Under the pieces are notes generated by a model. The model did not search any database. It was not told where the DNA came from and saw only the letters and a list, made by a program, of their open reading frames with translations. A program made the translations under genes and the position numbers. DNA of 64,000 nt from an uncultured Ignavibacteriaceae bacterium (GTDB lineage Bacteria > Bacteroidota > Ignavibacteria > Tepidaquicellales > Tepidaquicellaceae). The number at the start of each line of letters is the position of its first letter. Positions within the stretch are counted from its first letter, which is position 1. This document shows, piece by piece, positions 62,246-64,000 of this stretch. The stretch is from positions 226 through 64,225 of the forward strand of contig CAYNTN010000007.1 of the NCBI GenBank assembly GCA_964399995.1, read 5' to 3'.

Positions 62246-63016
62246 TTGAAAAATCACAAATCAATATTCTCGCGAAATTCATTTGTTTATATCAGCTCAA
62301 TCCTAAGTTTTTTAATTCTTACAGTAATTGTTTTTCTGTTTCCTGTCGGGTTCAGCTCTTACCGTAACACTGATACTTTGGCACCGATTTGGTATGTGAT
62401 TACAAATACCGGAGCAGTTTACGGAGCAGCTGTAATTATTATTTCACTGACTATTTATATGTTCACACATTTCACAAGGACCAAAAGGAAAAGAAGAAAT
62501 GTTTTCATGTTTACTTCATTTATTTTCATTGTTCAGGTCTTTATAGCAGGCTCAACGCTGTTATATTTCAAAGATATTTTTCAGAATCCAAGACCTTCAC
62601 AACTTTACTTTGTTGAAAAAGGATTTATTGGCAATCATGGAAATGAGTTTTTCTCTATGCCACTCGAAGAAAAAAGTAAGTTCATGAGAAAAACAATTGA
62701 GGAGAATGAAAAAAAGTTTGAAGACATTTACCCACCTATACTTAACAGCTGGGTGAATGAATCAGGTTATTCATTTCCTTCCGGTCATGCTGAGACGGGC
62801 TTTTTCCTCGGTACTATCCTTGCGTTCGTGATTTACAGAACTCAAACAAAAAAATATTATGCTCTCATTCCGCTTTTATGGGCTGTGATTGTTGCTTTGT
62901 CGAGAGTTGTAATAGGAGTGCACTTTCCGTTTGATGTTGTCGCCGGTGCATTCATAGGGTTGAGTGCTGCATTTTTAATTATAAGTTTAAAGAGAGTTAA
63001 TAAAATATTTTATTAA
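62246..63016 (+). CDS. PAP2-family lipid phosphatase
   Basis: KD.FQNPRP, SFPSGHA, SRVVIGVHFPFDVVAG. 6 TM. TTG start. Confidence 0.8.
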   Translation: MKNHKSIFSRNSFVYISSILSFLILTVIVFLFPVGFSSYRNTDTLAPIWYVITNTGAVYGAAVIIISLTIYMFTHFTRTKRKRRNVFMFTSFIFIVQVFIAGSTLLYFKDIFQNPRPSQLYFVEKGFIGNHGNEFFSMPLEEKSKFMRKTIEENEKKFEDIYPPILNSWVNESGYSFPSGHAETGFFLGTILAFVIYRTQTKKYYALIPLLWAVIVALSRVVIGVHFPFDVVAGAFIGLSAAFLIISLKRVNKIFY

Positions 63017-63112
63017 ATTATTAAATTAGATGACAGACTTTCGATTGAAATGTGTGATAGTCTTAGGTATTTTATTCAGCAATGTTAAAAGCTTTAACTC
63101 AAAACAAAATTT

Positions 63113-63910
63113 ATGGAATACATACTGGGAGTAAATCAGACTGAACTCGAACGACTTGAGTTTCAGCATAAAGTCTGGAAAGATATAACGGATAATTTTT
63201 TTGAAAGAATACAAATTCAGAAAGGTTGGAAATGTCTTGATGTAGGTTCCGGTCCGGGATTTGTTTCAATGGACCTGAGAAAGCTCACAGGAGATGAAGG
63301 GGAAGTTACAGCACTTGAACCTTCTGAATTGTATCTAAATCATTTCAAAGAGGTCAGCAAAAAGAATAGCTGGCGGAATGTAAAATTTCTTCATGGGAAT
63401 CTTGAGGATTTAAATCTTGAGAATGAATATTATGATCTTATCTATCTTCGCTGGGTAATAGACTTCGTTCCGGAGCCTGAAAAGTTCTTGCTCAAACTTC
63501 TCGGAGCTTTGAAGAAAGAAGGTGTAATAGCAATTCAGGATTATGCTTATGAAGGCATTGCATTGTTTCCAAAGGGCGGTGCGTTTGATAATATTGCAGA
63601 CGTAGTGAGAGCATACTGGCGTGCCGGAGGAGGAGACCCTTATTTCACAGTAAAGATTCCTTCAATATTCAGAAAAAATAATATTGAACTTGTTGAATTC
63701 AAACCTGTCAGCCTTGCAGGTGACAAAGACAGCGGAGTTATCGAATGGGCTCACAGATTTTTTACTGTTCATCTTCAGCTGATGGCTGATAAGAAAATCA
63801 TTTCACAAAAGGAATCAGATGCTCTATTGGAAGACTGGTTACATCACAGAGACAAACTTGATACGATTTTCTTTTCACCGGTTGTTGTGGATCTGATTGG
63901 AAAAAAATAA
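63113..63910 (+). CDS. class I SAM-dependent methyltransferase
   Basis: CLDVGSGPGFVSMDL motif I, ALEPS, IYLRWVIDF. Confidence 0.8.
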   Translation: MEYILGVNQTELERLEFQHKVWKDITDNFFERIQIQKGWKCLDVGSGPGFVSMDLRKLTGDEGEVTALEPSELYLNHFKEVSKKNSWRNVKFLHGNLEDLNLENEYYDLIYLRWVIDFVPEPEKFLLKLLGALKKEGVIAIQDYAYEGIALFPKGGAFDNIADVVRAYWRAGGGDPYFTVKIPSIFRKNNIELVEFKPVSLAGDKDSGVIEWAHRFFTVHLQLMADKKIISQKESDALLEDWLHHRDKLDTIFFSPVVVDLIGKK

Positions 63911-63915
63911 AGTTT

Positions 63916-64000
63916 TCAGATCAAACCCTTCGCCTTTAATATCATATCAATGATCTCTCTTACCGCACCTTCGCCGCCGTTCTTTTTACACACATAATCA
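63916..64000 (-). CDS. kdsC: 3' end of KdsC-like (KDO 8-phosphate phosphatase, HAD-IIIA) gene, truncated by the window edge
   Basis: Minus-strand translation ..DYVCKKNGGEGAVREIIDMILKAKGLI* matches the KdsC C-terminal GG.GAVRE motif. Confidence 0.55.
   Translation of the reverse strand, partial: DYVCKKNGGEGAVREIIDMILKAKGLI

Noticed and set aside
1-64000. Scan for rRNA, tRNA, integrase/transposase and Cas genes
   Set aside because: No ORF shows recombinase, DDE, HUH or Cas motifs. No intergenic segment showed an obvious tRNA cloverleaf or rRNA-like sequence by eye, but a proper tRNAscan/Infernal run is needed to exclude small RNAs.

Overview
AT-rich bacterial chromosome segment. T9SS-type C-terminal sorting domains (NYPNPFNPST...KMxLIK) suggest an FCB-group organism (Ignavibacteriota/Bacteroidota-like). 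All calls come from reading the ORF translations and the DNA by eye; no searches were run. Layout: (i) 1-17.7 kb is a secretome island: an FGE, two tandem S8 proteases, an FG-GAP protein, four proteins sharing a C-terminal beta-sandwich plus dockerin-like module, two T9SS-anchored paralogs with a possibly cohesin-like domain, and two orphan CTD-like basic proteins. (ii) 17.9-21.8 kb is a compact operon: 75-aa CxxC peptide, DUF692/MNIO enzyme, DUF2063-like partner, SAM methyltransferase, amidohydrolase. This is the best candidate for an undescribed RiPP-like system. (iii) An Omp85 fusion protein, guanine deaminase, glnA, Lrp and a truncated liv transporter. (iv) 31.3-34.1 kb holds a ubiquitin-like protein, an E1-like adenylase and a membrane RING-like zinc-finger protein. 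(v) 35.8-44.8 kb is an 8-gene envelope glycoconjugate operon with two B12-radical-SAM enzymes, flanked by menA-like and ubiX genes. (vi) Housekeeping genes (mltG, ndh, ybjQ-like, yciI-like). (vii) 54.3-59.3 kb is a 4.4-kb accessory island inserted at the 5' end of dinB. It is bounded by about 285-bp direct repeats and carries TA-like modules, decayed toxin genes and two unknown genes. (viii) Aminotransferase, DinB-fold, SprT-like, PAP2, methyltransferase and a kdsC fragment. A window-wide feature is that nearly every intergenic spacer holds tandem 7-nt repeat arrays. Each locus has its own unit and many are paired as inverted arrays (STRR-like). No rRNA, tRNA, CRISPR, integrase or transposase was recognised.
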